A stretch of DNA of 64,000 nucleotides from Callorhinchus milii (lineage: Eukaryota). Below the pieces are notes generated by a model. It had not been told where the DNA came from. It did not search any database and worked only from the letters and a program-made list of their open reading frames with translations. A program made the position numbers and the translations under genes. Location: positions 37,202,001 through 37,266,000 of the forward strand of contig NW_024704743.1 of assembly GCF_018977255.1 (NCBI RefSeq). Direction: 5' to 3'. Numbering within the stretch: position 1 is the stretch's first letter; each line of letters starts with the position of its first letter. Positions 13,901 through 27,770 of this stretch are shown in pieces.

Positions 13901-16900
13901 TTAATTATGACAAGGATGGGATTAAAGTAGATGGTGTGAAGTTAGCAATGCACAGACACAATGGGTCTAATGGCTGATATTTCTTTATTTTGAAATAAAG
14001 TCTAGATTTCTTTATGGAGGGACTGGCTCATTTTGCTTCAGAGTTGCAAATGCAATTCCACTGCTTCAGCATCAAGCAATTCCAGCAAATGCCACAAAAA
14101 GTGTTTTACATTTATTTATCGCAAAGGAAGAGGAATTATTTGGTTAAATACTGTTACCGGATGGATACTCATCTGCAGTCCAGTTTACGTTGTAACATTG
14201 AGTCCGTTATCCTAAGTAATCTTGACTTAAAAGCATCCTTCATGAAGCCCTGTGTAAAGCTCCCTCTTCAACAGTACACTGTCAGCCAGGTACATTCCTC
14301 TTCAGCCCACTTGCTCAATGGACAGAAATCAAGCAAACTTTGTTTATTCTCTCCTTGTCTCCACCAATTATAGGCCAATAAATGATGTGCAGCCACAAAT
14401 TCCAGCTAATGTGGTGCTACAGCAAATGGTTGATGGATGGCCCAGCCCTCTTGGAGTCCTGTGAGTGAGGAACTCCACCTGTGTCTAGATTTACTCTACT
14501 TCTTCAGCATTTCAGATCATCCAGAATTAGGCAAATTCTAAAATGCAGTCTTAATTTGCCTACAAACACATAGCCATTACAATAAAAATAATGATCCTTG
14601 CACATCACTCAAAGCATTTCACAGGATATACTGTAAAGTGGTGTGACTGTATTTTGTGGATGAAAATTACACTTTACTGTACAGTCCTGAGAAGCGCTTT
14701 GAGATGTTTCGATGAAGTGATAAGGCGTGTTATCTCTTTCAAAATGTGAGGATTATTATTAGAGATTTGAAACCAGTGTTCTGCCAGTTTTTTTTATATA
14801 ACTAACGAAAACCAGCTTCAATTAATACTGAATTCAACAATGTGCCACATTCTGGACACTCTGAAATGCTAAGTAAATAGAGTAACTCTAGACAATGTGG
14901 GAATTTCTCTTCGCTTGTTGTTTGGAAGGGTCTGTTAATATTGTAAAGAGATTGTAAAATGCAAAAATAGACATACACACACCTTACAGATACCAATTAA
15001 TGTTGCTTGTTTTTAACAGGACTGCAGAAAGTCTAAAACCTTCCAGATCTGAACTCCTCCTCAACTCATCAACATTTTACCAAGATCGCCTTTTAATTTG
15101 TGTTGGGATTAATAATAATAATCCTTGCATTTGATATAGCTCCTTATCACATATTTGACACATCTCAAAAGTGCTTCACAGAATATTCTGTAAAGTGAAT
15201 CAATTGACTGTATATTTTGTGGACCAAACACTAAGAGAAAAACAAATCATAGAGATTTAAGAGAAAAAAAAGTCATAACACAAAGAATGCCTTGTGATTT
15301 TTAAAAAATAATAATTCCTGCTACTCTTATTAGGCTGATGTGAGTGTAGTGATTCTCTCTCTATCTCTCTCTCAGTGAAACCTCATGTAATGTCCCATTG
15401 TCAACAAAGAGCCCTTTGATATAAAGCAAGAAACAGCACAGACATTGAAACTGGGTGCTTCATGTTTTAGCTCTAACCATTCAAGGACATACATTCCAGC
15501 CAAAGGAACTTTGTTGGCAACACATTGTCATTGTGTCATTACTGGTTACACGGTGTCTCGCTAGATTAGATCAGAACCTAGCATTAGTATCAATATTTGT
15601 TCAGTCAAATTAACCCTGCCCTAACGGATAGGGTGGTCTTAGCTGGACAATCAGCGGGAAGCTTGGCAGGCAGTACTTTCAATGGAAGTTATACAGTGTT
15701 TGCTGATTCAACTCCAGCAATACCCCAGAATTAGGTAACAAGACCTATCTCTTGGACCACGCCTATGATTATCTTCCTCTCTTCCTTCACTTATCTCACG
15801 CCTAACCCCGCCAAAACTATTGGTTGCTGTTCCTTCAATACCTTATTCTCTGGAACTCCCTGCCTCAATCTCTCTGCCTCGCCCCCTCTTTAACTTTAAT
15901 TCCCACCTGAACACCTAACTCTTCGAACTCGCCTATCTCCCTTGTTCAGGTCCAACCCTGCCACTGTACAGTGCTCCACAACGCTATCCTGCATGAAGAG
16001 GAGCCATATAAATGCAAGATATTGTTGTTGCATCCTTCCAAAGCACAAGCATATATTTCATTACAGATACGTGGAATGTAAAAATGTGTTCATTCAGAAA
16101 AATACAAGTTGTCTCCAACATTCAAATCTTCCAATAAATGTTATAGAGTTTTATGAAAGTCCTGCCAATGCCGTCCACCTTATTGTTTACCACACGAGAC
16201 TTATATATATTTTAAGTGAGGGGGAACTCTTTCTAATTGAACTAGTTTTCCCCTTGCATTGCCTTGGCAGTGACTCATATGAGAGAATATGAGCAGAGTC
16301 CCTGCAGAGTACTTCGCCCAATGATCAGTTTTTAGGTGTGAGTCTGAATAGTGAGCACCAGCAATCTTATTCAATCAGCCATTCACATCTTACCCCCTCT
16401 GCTCAGGGAACACCTGCCTGCTTTATATCCCTGACAGAAGAACCCAAACCACCTGAGGGTGACTTTTCGGCCGTTCTATCCCTGGTCTCTAGAATTCCCT
16501 CTGCCTCAGCCCTTACCCATATTTCTAACTTGCCTTAAGACCTATCTTTACGCTTTTTGAATATGAATATAAAATTTATATCAAAAAATTAAAAATTATA
16601 AACTTTTTTTTGCTGTGTGCAATTGGCTGCTGCATTTTGCCCACAAAATATACAATCAGGTGTCTTGAGGTGTCTAGAAGACATGATAAGGCGCTATATC
16701 AAGTGCAAGGATTATTATTATTATCTTTTCGATTGCTCCACCCAGTCCCAGCACAGCTACTCCTTCAGCTAGCTTTGTGACGTGCTTTGAGATGTCATCC
16801 CGACTTCAAAGATGCTGCAGAAATCTAAATTGTTGATGTTGAACAGGCCATTCATTAGATCCCAAATTCCAGCTGGTTTGTAAGTTCATCTTGTCTTACA

Positions 16901-18924
16901 ATTTTAGATTATGCAGAATTGTTGAAAATCAAACTAATTTGGCTTTAATTTACAAGTTTCCAGTTTTCCACAGCTCTTAAAAGAATGACTTCCAAATTAA
17001 TTTAAGAATTTTTCATAATACTGAGTGATCTTAAATTTTAAGCCAGATGGCCTTCCAGGCTAAGACTAGGTGGAAATTTTGGCCTCTGATATTCACACAT
17101 GAGCAGGTCCAGTAAAGTGACATGTTTTTTTCTTTTGTTTTTCACTTCCCTATCCCAGAAATGCTGAGCTCAATTGTAGCACTTCCTCTAACCTAAGGCC
17201 AATGCTCACTTCTTAGTCTCTTTAATGATAATCCTTACATTTGCTATAGCGGCTTTCATGTCGGGAGGACGTCTGAAAGTGCTTCACAGGTTATACTGTT
17301 AAGTGCAATGTCTGTGTATTTCAGAGGCAAACTCAGTTGCTTATTTACATACAGCAATTCCCACAAACAGTCATGTAGTGAGTGATCAATTTTATTTGGG
17401 TGATTTGTTGGCCAGGACACCGGGAGAAACTCCCTTCTCTTTCAAATAGTGCCATTAGTTCTTTAACGTCCACCTCAACAGGCATTGCGTACATCAGCCT
17501 AACATCTCATCTGAAGAATACCACCTCTGACAATGAAGCACACCCCCAGCACTACGCTGGACTGTCAGTCAAGACTAACAAAGTCCCCCTGTACTTCTGG
17601 GTCAGGGAACAACCTGCTCCCAAGCCTTCACTCTGAAATGTGTGACTGAGAAGTGGGTAAGAAGATGAGCTGTTTGTCTAATATTACCCATTCTTACCCA
17701 CATCCACCCTGGGGAATTAGGGTGTTGCCCAGTTCCACTGGCTCCTTTTCCCCCAGAGGATAGAGTTCAAATCCTTGTCCTTGCTTTCAAATCCCTCCAT
17801 GACCTTGCTTTCAAATCCCTGCCTCCGTGACCTGCTAACGCCATATCGACCTGTCCGTAGTGTTAGTCTAGACTTCAATGGAAATAATTCACAAAACTTT
17901 AAACTCATTTAATTTATAAAAATTAATTTGTACAGCTAACATTGTATCCGACTTTACGCTAAACTCGGAGGGATTGAACACTTCTCAGCTTTTCTTAATA
18001 AAAAGAATAACACTGCGTTGTACAGCTGGAATTCTAACCACGCACATATAATTACAGGCAGATGCTGAGCTGCTCTGTCTCTCCGGTATTTACGCAAAAG
18101 TTTTGAACTTGCTCTCACATGCATTTTTTATGTGTTTAAAAAAACAGAAAATACTAAACCATGAAATGCCAAGCTAACTCAATGCAAGCAGTTTCACTCG
18201 TGTCATTACCACAAATGACATCGTGAAAGAACATGTCAAATGTGTCAAATGCGTTTCGGTTCCCATGCGTCAGGAAGACTGTGTCATATCTACGGTGAAA
18301 AAGATACTTCTGTGTAAAGAGTAGAAAGGCCTCAAATATGTGTAGCGAATCCAAATTTAGAATTTCCACTGGCAATTTCCCATTCATGTCTGCTATCCAT
18401 TAGTCACGTACCACATATAACCCAACCTTATCCACACATCAGATGTTCCATGAACTAATATTGGCAATAAGCAAGACTCGTCACCATCCACTGACCCCAT
18501 GTTAATGTTACTGGCAGAACCTCACTATCACGGGAGGAAAAGTGCTGCATTAAAACTGTTCCCAGGTTGCCTCTAACCAGATCAGTTCTGGTTCACAGGA
18601 GGTGACTGATGTGATTATACTGCAACTCCCTTTGTGCATTTGGTTTTGTGATGGAATTTGGAAGAATGCATTTCTTTTTATTCCCAACCTCAGAAGAGCC
18701 TCCCACCTCCACTTCACTCATGTAGTGATCTCATTTCTCATGACAAGGATCCACGTGTGTGGGGTTGATGTTTATACCCCATTAGTATCGGAATGTACTG
18801 CAAAATGCTCTGTTTGTGAGGCTTGAAACTTACACTATTCGCATTTCAGAGAGTACAGAACGTGGCAAATTGTTAAATTCCATCCAAAATCATTTCACAC
18901 AGGATAATAAAATAAATCCTACAT

Positions 18925-19540
18925 GTCAGGACTTTGAACTCGCAGTCAAAGCTGACACTCCAAAGCAGTGTTGGGGATGTGTTAGAGGTGCCATCGTGAA
19001 AGGTGCTATGCAAATGTAATCTTGTTGTTGTTGTAGAGGTGCCGTACTTCAGATGAGACTTTAAAACAAGGTCTTGTTTGCATGTTCAGGTGGATGTTAA
19101 AGATCCCATGGCACTATTCAAAAAGGAAAGAGTTTTCCCGGTAGCCTGACCACAATGCCTGAGAGGGTGGTGGAAACAAATTCAATGACAAATTTCAAAA
19201 GGGAATTAGATAGGTACTTGAAAAGAAAAAAATTGCAAGGGTATGGGGAAGAGCGGGGGAGTGGCACTGATTGGGTAACTCTTCCAAAGTGCCGGCACAG
19301 GCATGATCAGCCAAATTGCCTCCTTCCGTGCTGGAATATTCTATGATTCTATGATTCCAACAATCTTCCATTTGAGATTGTTCATTCATTTTGTGGCTGT
19401 TTGCAGAACATTGCTGTGCACAAATTGACTGCTGCATTTGCCTACGAAATACACCATTACTACACTCTACAGTAAAATCATCTGAACGCTTTGAGATATT
19501 TTGAGTTGTGATAAGGTGCTATTTCAAGTGCAAATATTGT
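18925..19540 (+). mobile_element. Older Deu-domain-type SINE with a nested CR1 3' fragment (19157-19358)
   Basis: GAGGTGCC..CAGATGAGAC..GTTCAGGTGGATGTTAAAGATCCCATGGCACTATT core. CR1 piece PERVVETNSMTNFKRELDRYL with an (ATTCTATG)n tail. Confidence 0.8.
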
Positions 19541-21049
19541 GGTATCACAAACTCCTTCCTCAATGTGCAAACAATGAGGTACAGGTTTACTGGAGTCTAA
19601 TTTGTAGTTTTTTTTATTAAGGGGATGCTTTAATAAGGAAACACATTAGAATTTCTGTTGACCCAATAGGAACTCTAATTTAGAAGTCGAACATGAATTG
19701 AACCTAGTTTCCTGTGGGTTAGGGTAACATATTCTTAGTTACTGGAAGGAATCTCCATTCACACAATGCAGATTTTTTGCAAAGGAATCCTGTTAAGACC
19801 TGCCGCATATTGGACCCAATTTTCACCTTTGATGGAAGCATTGATTGGCATTGGTGTTGTTTGGGTGCCACATATCATTGCCTTTCGTGTTTAAGGTATG
19901 TCAATCTTACCTCAGTGCGTAGCGTAGCTATTTCCAAGGCTTTGTCCCCAAACATTGTGAATTCAGGTTTGAGCGACATCATCACTCCTTTTAGTGCAGA
20001 ACATTGGGAAGATGAAGCGTTGACATTGAATGTTATTGCTTCCTTGATGGAAGGAATGTAAAGTTCTGCCAAAATGTTCCCCTTTCAGAAACAATGAGAA
20101 GGAACGAGCCCAAGGGAATTCAACTAATGGGATTAATAATATGTCTGTTTCCTCTGAGGATGAGGGTAAGAGTTCAGGTACCACTATGACCAGTAGGATC
20201 TCATTACTCCAGAAAGTAAAATGTTACAAATTGTACACATTGTGTATCATCTTTACAATATTAGTTTCGGAAGCCATTTGAAAAGCAGACTTTGTAGGGG
20301 AAGTGGGAACATTGTTATGAAGTCATGGAGCAGGGGCTTTTAGCAACCAAGCAACAGATCCTCTTGGAAGGGCAGTGTGGCATTACAAACAAGCCACTTG
20401 ACCAAGTAGTTTATGTGACTCATACTGTCTGCAAGAGCAAAACCAGGAAGCTGTTCACCGAATGTTTGAACTCTGAAATGATCTCACTGCCTTTAGCTCT
20501 GTCCTCGGTTTGTCCTTTGGGTGGGATTAATGCTGTGTATCAGGTTTGTATCTGCGGAACTTGTTACTGAAACCTTGAACTGTCTCACATTCCTTGTGCT
20601 TTAGGCAAAATTCCCCCATCAGTCAGCAAGAAAATTTATGCCTGTCTCGGAAGAATCTGAGTAAAGGGATCTTCGGCTTGCAATCCATTTAAAACAGCAA
20701 ATAACTTTATTTCTGTTGCCTCATTTTTAAGTTTTTGTCTTGCTGGCCTGCTGCTTGGGTCTCCCTAAATTGTGCTCAGTCCCTGGTCTCAAATCCCTAT
20801 CAATGCTCTGAGATGCATGACCTAGAGCGACCATCCCTCTGATCTCTCTTTCCTTCCTCGCCTCCCCCAGTAAGATCTCCTCCGAGCACCTGCGTAAGAC
20901 TGGAACCATAGTGTGTGCAGGATCACAGATACAGATTGCATTTCAAGAGGCTGCATAGTGGGGCTTCAGTGTGATTCCCTGCACACTGCCTGCAGTCAAA
21001 TATTTTTGATCTTCCTCTGAATGATACCAGGTCCACACAGTGGATCGGG

Positions 21050-21305
21050 GGAGGTTAGGACACTTGCTTCCCACACAGAGTAGTTAGGTTATGGAATGCC
21101 CTGCCTGGTGCGGTGGTGAGGCAGAATCTATATTAGCTTTCAAAACGGGACTACATAAATAGCTGAACAGGATCAGCTACAGGGGTATGGGGAAAGGGCA
21201 GGTAAATGTCACTGAATTGATTGCTCTTAAAAGAGCTGACAAAGACACAATGGGCTGAATGTCCTTCTCCTGTGCTGTAAATTTCTATGGTTTCTACGGT
21301 TCTAT
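21050..21305 (+). mobile_element. CR1 LINE 3' end
   Basis: RVVRLWNALPGAVV-like ORF2 end, a ATGGGCTGAATGTCCTTCTCCTGTGCTG 3'UTR and a TTTCTATGG tail. Others at ~9360-9510, 46170-46370(-) and 50840-51060(-). Confidence 0.8.
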
Positions 21306-22717
21306 CTTCCAGGTGTTCATGAAATATCAAAGGCAGCCGGCACCACTCACTAGCACTGGAGTCTTCTGAGGATACTATTTCCATTTAATATAGCATCTTA
21401 TCAAATCTAAATGTCTTATGTCCTTTACTACTATTTGTAGTATTGTATTATAACTGTTGTGGTTCAGAGAAATGCAACAGATAATTTCACCCACAAAATA
21501 TACAGTCAAGCCACTTTACAGTTCATCCTGTGAAGTGCTCTGACACGTCTTGACAACATCATAAGGCGCTACATCAAATTCAGGGATTATTATTAATATT
21601 ATTATTATAATCTGCACCAGCAGTGCCCACAAAAACAGAAGAATTTGTGTTTGGTGAATTTTGGAAGAAAGAGGAATATTGACAAGGACACCAGAAAACC
21701 TAACAGGGTCACTGTGTAACATCTCACTTGAAGGACAGTGCTTTTGACAATAGAGCACTTCCCCAGCACTGCAGTTTCAGCCTAACTTATCAGGTACCTA
21801 CGTGGGGCTTGAATCCATAATCTTTTGATTCAGAGGCATAAAAGCTACCAAATGAGTCAAATTTACTGTGATCATTTTGTGGATAATATCTCAGCTCTGA
21901 ATTGCTACCACCGGTTGTTAAAATCTGTAAAGGCTTTTTCTAACACTTGAAATTAATATGTTCTCATAGCTCACATAAGCAGACCAGGTTCCGACGTATT
22001 CCTCTCTTGGGTGACTGAAACTGTTGATTTAATGGCTGTATTTCTCCGATGAGTGTATCTGTTTTAGAATTGTATTGTTCTTGCTCTGTTTGTTGCTGAA
22101 CTCAAGCCAGAGCAAATTTGGCCAGGGACACAATACCCCATCCAGGGACTGTCACCCTACCAACAACCCAACTCTCATTAACAGATGAATATTGTACAAT
22201 CCCTTTCTGTATCCCTCAAGTGACACAGACAATGACCAATTTAACCGTTATATATTTACTTCACAGATACATTTACATAACAGCTTGAACGTAGAAATGT
22301 AGAAAAGAGGACAATAACTAAAAATTTACATTTTATACACAACAACAACTTGCATTTATATAGCACCCTTCACATAGGGTAGCGTCCCGGAGTGCTTCAT
22401 TATAGCACCTTTTAGCACATCGAAACATCTCAAAGCACTTCTGTCATTCAAATGGGTATGAAAATAAGTTTACCGGGGAGATTTATTGTATGTGATGTGA
22501 TAATTATCACCATTGACAGTTATCATCGTAATATTGGCGGATGTCAAGACATCCGCCATTTGACTTCTGAACTCTGGGGGCTCCAGAGGTAATGTAAGAG
22601 CACTAGCTTTCGGGATTCTGGAGTTCCACTCTGGGCCACAGTGCAAAAGTGGGACCAGGTTGTAAAGACAACTCAAAACCCAGAGCATGAAAGATTTGTC
22701 ACCTTAGGGCCAAAGCC

Positions 22718-23036
22718 TGTGGAGTCCTGTAGCTCAGTGGTTAGGGCACTCGCTTTGCAAGCGAGAGACCTGAGATCAATTCCAGGCAGAGGGCGAAACC
22801 TTGGGCAAGTTTCCTTACTCCACACAGAGCCTAATAATAATCCCTCCAAAAACCAAAAACAATAATAATAAATTGGTCATTTTCAATCCACGACTGTTTG
22901 TGGGACATTGCTGTGCGCAATTGGCTGCCGCGTTCGCCCACAAATATACAGTCAATTCACTTTACAGTGTGTTCTGTGAAGCGCTTTGGGACGTCCTCCC
23001 GACGTGAAAAGCGCTATATCAAATGCAAGGATTATT
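22718..23036 (+). mobile_element. Full-length tRNA(Ala-like)-derived SINE, short subfamily
   Basis: Head, body and ATT tail. AAGCC flanks both sides (22713-22717 and 23037-23041), consistent with a target-site duplication. Confidence 0.92.
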
Positions 23037-24947
23037 AAGCCGTAAATGTATGTTTATGCCTTGTCAGCAGAAAACCAGACATGCTGGCTCCATGGACAAG
23101 GTTGGATTATCCATTTTCACACATAGGACAGGTTTGAAACATCAAAGGCCACATGTGCAGGGTATGAAAGAATAAAACCATGTCATACCAAGGATTTATA
23201 CTTCTAACATTGAGCCATGAAAGAGCAATTGGTCACACGCTGCATGTATCTTCCCATGTCATAATCAATACTAGTAACCCAGGTTGCACCACTTACACAT
23301 TTCTACTATTAACTCAACCACACAGCACACATAGGGAGACATTCATAATAATAATAATCTTTGCATTTAATATAACAATCATTGCATTTGATTTTTTGAG
23401 TTCTGGCAGTATGCTGCTTTGTTTGAGGTTCCATCTTTCGGATGAGATATTAAACTGAGGTCCTGTCTGCCTGTTCAGATGGACATTAATGGCATTATTC
23501 AACAACAGCAAAATTACAATTGTATAGCGCCTTTCACGTCGGGAGGACGTCCCACAAAGTGAAGGGAGTTTCTCCTGATGTTCTGGCCAACAATCCCCCA
23601 AATAAAATTGGTTATTCACTCTTTGGCTGTTTGTGGGACATTGTTGTGGCAAATTGGCTGCTGTGTTCACCCACAAAATCCACAGTGACTCTACAGTGTA
23701 TTCTTTGAAGCGCTTTGAGATATCTCAACTATGTGATAAGGCACCATATCAAAAGCAAGCATTATTGTTGTTATTATTATTGAGCAGTAGGCGAAAACTG
23801 GTTCCAAAATCCCTTTCTCAGGCATACTCGTTGGGTCAGTTTTCAAAATTCTTTTGACAATTGAACAATTGACACACTGTATCTCAGTTTGTTTTTGTGC
23901 GGTTTTAGAAATGAGACATCAGTAAACAAATTACTGCAACTGCCGTACTTGAAATTAACTGAGTCAAAGGAGCACTGTGTTCAGTGGGACGGCGGGGATC
24001 TAAATTGTGGGAATTCTAAAAGGATTTGTAAATAGTGAATTCCAGATGTGTCACGGCTGACCCTCTGGACCAAAACGTCAGGATCTGAGTTATTTACAAA
24101 TCCTTGTGCGATTCGCCTGCCCCTCCCTCCCCCTCCCCCCATACACATTATTGTGAGCAGACTTATTAGATCAGAAGTAGATCAAGTTAGAGAAGAGTTC
24201 CCAAGGGTGAATGAACAAAATCTATGTCTATGTTCGTAACTCAGAGATATTATTAGCGACTCATGTTAGGAATTGCAACAACTTACATCCCAATGACAAC
24301 GTTTGTCCTACGGTCTTTGGAGTCTTCTCTACACCATGAATTTGCACTCACATCCAATGTGCAGCCAAGGCCTGGTTAAAACAATCAAACAGGATGAAAA
24401 AAATCTAGTACAATGTCATGCTTGTTTTTTTTGCAGATTTCGATCTAAACTCTGCAAAAACCCCAGAATAAAGGATATTGTAACTTTAACATATTTTGTA
24501 CAAATCTTATCTGTGTTTATTTTCAAATGCATTACATGGATGGGTGAGATCAGTTTTGAAAAAGAAAGGCATTCAGCGCTAGATGTGCCTTTTCTTCTCT
24601 TCCCTTCAAAGCATATTTGTGTTAAAGCTGATGGCATGTCTCCAGAGCCTCGCACAGGGTGCAGTCACGGAGAAATGTGTCTGAAAATAAGTTCACCTTC
24701 CACCATTATTCATTCTACAAGCCCTGCAGTCTGCACACATCTTTCACACTTCCCTGTCATCAAGCTATTGTGCATCCTGTAACCTAACTCGGTTCACACC
24801 TATCTGTAATTACATTTTGCTGGCAATGTACCATTTATCATAATATACATGTAGCTAGGTTGTTTATTTTTTTTCCTTTACTGTGTGGCTTGCAATTATC
24901 AAATACCCGCACCCAGACCTTCACCCCGAAGGTCATTTCTAGAACTA

Positions 24948-25316
24948 TGTGGAGTCCTGTGGCATATTGATTAGAGCACTTGTCTCGCAAGCGAGAGGAC
25001 TGGGGTTAGATTCCCAGACAGGGCAAAATCTTAGGAAAGTTTCCTTACTCCATACACCGCTGTTTACCTACCAGCGATTAGGAACTCTGTTGTTAGTCGA
25101 TTGGCGGATCACTTTTCCAGGGTAATAATCCCTTAAAAGTAACCAAAAAAACAATTACATCTGGTCACTCAGTCTACGACTGTTTGTGGGACACTGCTGT
25201 GTGCAATTGACTTTCGCATTTCCCCCACAAAATACAGTACACTTTACAGAGTATTCTGTGAAGCTCTTTGAAACATCTGAACGATATGAACGAAATGCAA
25301 GGATTATTATTATTAT
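24948..25316 (+). mobile_element. tRNA-derived SINE, long (older) subfamily
   Basis: Same head and tail plus a ~70-bp internal segment (CTGTTTACCTA...GTTAGTCGATTGGCGGATC). Confidence 0.88.
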
Positions 25317-25734
25317 TTCTAGCATACTGATGTAAAATCTTACTCAGCTGATACCCTGCTTGTTGTGCACTCAGTGATGTTTGTCTTTAGCAGTGCATTT
25401 CCAGCTGTTTCCTGTGGTAATCCACTGTGTAAATGGTTGGAACAGACTAATTCTGCTGGTACTGCAGAGACAAAATGTTTGGCAGGACCTTTAAGGCAGC
25501 TGGGTCACAATATGATTTGAATCCAGCTAGCAAAAATATTTTAAAAGGTATGTCAAAACCTTTAATTTATTTGATTAAGATTTAAGCATTAATTAGTAAC
25601 AATAATAATAATTTGTAAATTTGATGTAGTATCTTCCACATCGGGAAGCACCTCAAAGTGCTTCACAGGATTTACTCTAAGATGCAGGTACTGTGAATGA
25701 GGCAGCCAATTTGGATCCGCAATAATGCTCCACT

Positions 25735-27240
25735 AACAACAACAAAATTACATTTGTAAAGCGCCTTTCACGTCAGGAGGACATCCCAAAGCGCTGGACA
25801 GATAGAGATACAGACCCGAGCTGAGGGTCGGGGTGGGGGAGGGTGGAGAGCAGGGGGGGAGGGGGGGGAAGCAGGGAGATCGAAAGCACGGTCGAAGAGG
25901 AGGGTCTTGAAGGTGACAAGGGAGGGGGTGAGATGGAGGGACTGTGGGATGGAGTTCCAGAGGGTGGGTGCAGACTGGCAGAAGGCCCGCCCGCCAATAG
26001 TGGGGCGAGCAAGGTGAGGGACGTGAAGCAGGCCGGAGTCTGCTGAGCGGAGGGAGCGAGCAGGATGGAAGAGGGTTAGGAGGTCAGAGAGGTAGGGGGG
26101 AGCAAGACCTTGGAGGGCTTTGAAGTTGACGACCAAGACCTTGAATTGTATCCTCTGTGTGATGGTACTCCAGTGGAGTTGGGCAAGGATGGGGGTGATA
26201 GGGTCGCGGAGCCTATTACAGGAGAGGTCACGGGCTGCAGAGTTCTGGATGATCTGCAGCCTGTGGAGGGAGGAGTCGGGGAGGCCGACAAGCAGTGAGT
26301 TTGCATAGTTGGGCTTCGATGTAATGAAGGCGTGCACGAGGGTTTCGGCGGCCTGTGGTGTGGACAGTGGCAGAGCCGGGCGATGTTGCGGAGGTGGGGG
26401 AAGGCAGAGCAGGTCATGGCGCAGATGTGGGGTAGAAAGGATAGTTGAGGGTCAAACAAGCCCCCAAGTTACTGGACTGACTTAGTAAGGTGGAGTGTGT
26501 AACCATGGATGGTGATGCTGTCAGCGCCTGAGGTGTGGAGGCGCTGACCGGAGCCAATCAGGAGAGCCTCGGTCTTGCTGACGTTCAACTGTAGAAAGTT
26601 AGCTCTCATCCAGGACTTGATGTCTGACAGACATTCTGTGGTCCAGTGGTCCTGGAGTCAAAGGTGGAGGCAGAGAGGTAGAGTTGGGTGTCATCCGCAT
26701 ATGTGTGGAAGTTGACCCCATGTCTGTGGATGATGTCACCAAGAGGGAGCCCTGAGGAACACCACACGAGACAGTCCGAGGGCTGGAGGAGAAGCCGTTT
26801 GCTCGCAGTTGGCATTTGAGGTGAGGATAGGTGAGGTGTGAGAGGGTGGGCGGAGGAGTCGGTTCGTGATGGAGAAGAGGAGCCTGGGGTTGTCCTTAGC
26901 CTCCAAGATTGTCTTGGAGTAGAACGACGATTTATTGGAGATGAGGGCGGAGCAGGAGGATTTGACATGGTCCAGCCAAATCTGCCGGTGGACAGTTAGG
27001 TTTAATTTAAGCCGGTGCACTCAGCGGAATACGCCTGGGATTTAAGGGAGCGGAGGTGGCTGGTGTACCAAGGTGATTTGCGTGAGTAGGAGATGGTTCG
27101 GGAAGAGAGAGGAGTGAAGGAATCGAGAGTGGAGGAGAGGGAGCTGTGGAGAAGGGTGATCGAGGATGATAGGTCATTGCGGGAGGACGCCCAGAGGGGA
27201 AGGAGATCAGATGACTCCAAGGCAGCCGAGAGGGAGGGCA
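25735..27240 (-). mobile_element. L2-clade LINE, internally deleted
   Basis: Linker region as at 4985-5500, then [24 protein letters not shown] (RT YADD motif), the C-terminal motifs and a TTG tail. Confidence 0.92.
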
Positions 27241-27640
27241 GTCATGACAACATCAACAACTTGCATTTATGTAGCGCCTGTCGTGCTGTGTAGTGGTATA
27301 GAATGTTTAACAATGGCATAGTTTGGTACAAACCAAGGAGAAAGGGGAGATGACTGTGTAAGCCCTCTGAGACACGAGCTACCCTGCGTGAGAGCCACTA
27401 TATAAATGCAAGTTGTTGTTGTTGTATGCATGGTTGAAGAGGAAAAGTCTTCAGGTGTGATCTGAAGACGGGCAAAGAGGGGGTAAGATGGAGGGATTGA
27501 GTTCCAGAGAGTTCCAGAGGTTCGAGGAGCAGTGACCGAAACCACAGCCGCTGATGGTGGAGTGGTGGGTGAGATAATGTCAAGAACCAATACTGTATAT
27601 TCAAAAAAAAGTTTTTAAAAAAATTAGATAGAACCTATTT

Positions 27641-27770
27641 AATAATAATAATAATCCTTGAATTTGATATAGCGCTTTTCACGTCAGGAGGACGTCCCAA
27701 AGCGCTTCACAGAACACACTGTAAAGTGAATTGACTGTATATTTGTGGGCGAACGCGGCAGCCAATTTGC
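27641..27770 (-). mobile_element. Young 5'-truncated SINE (3' ~130 bp)
   Basis: Nearly identical to the 3' end of the 22718 copy. Confidence 0.9.

Noticed and set aside
19777..20184. Cluster of overlapping short ORFs in intergenic DNA
   Set aside because: No recognisable homology or consistent splice sites.
22718..22795. tRNA-Ala(TGC)-like gene (also at 933, 33160-33238 and 49726)
   Set aside because: These are SINE heads. The acceptor stem is not intact and each runs into the SINE body with no poly-T terminator.
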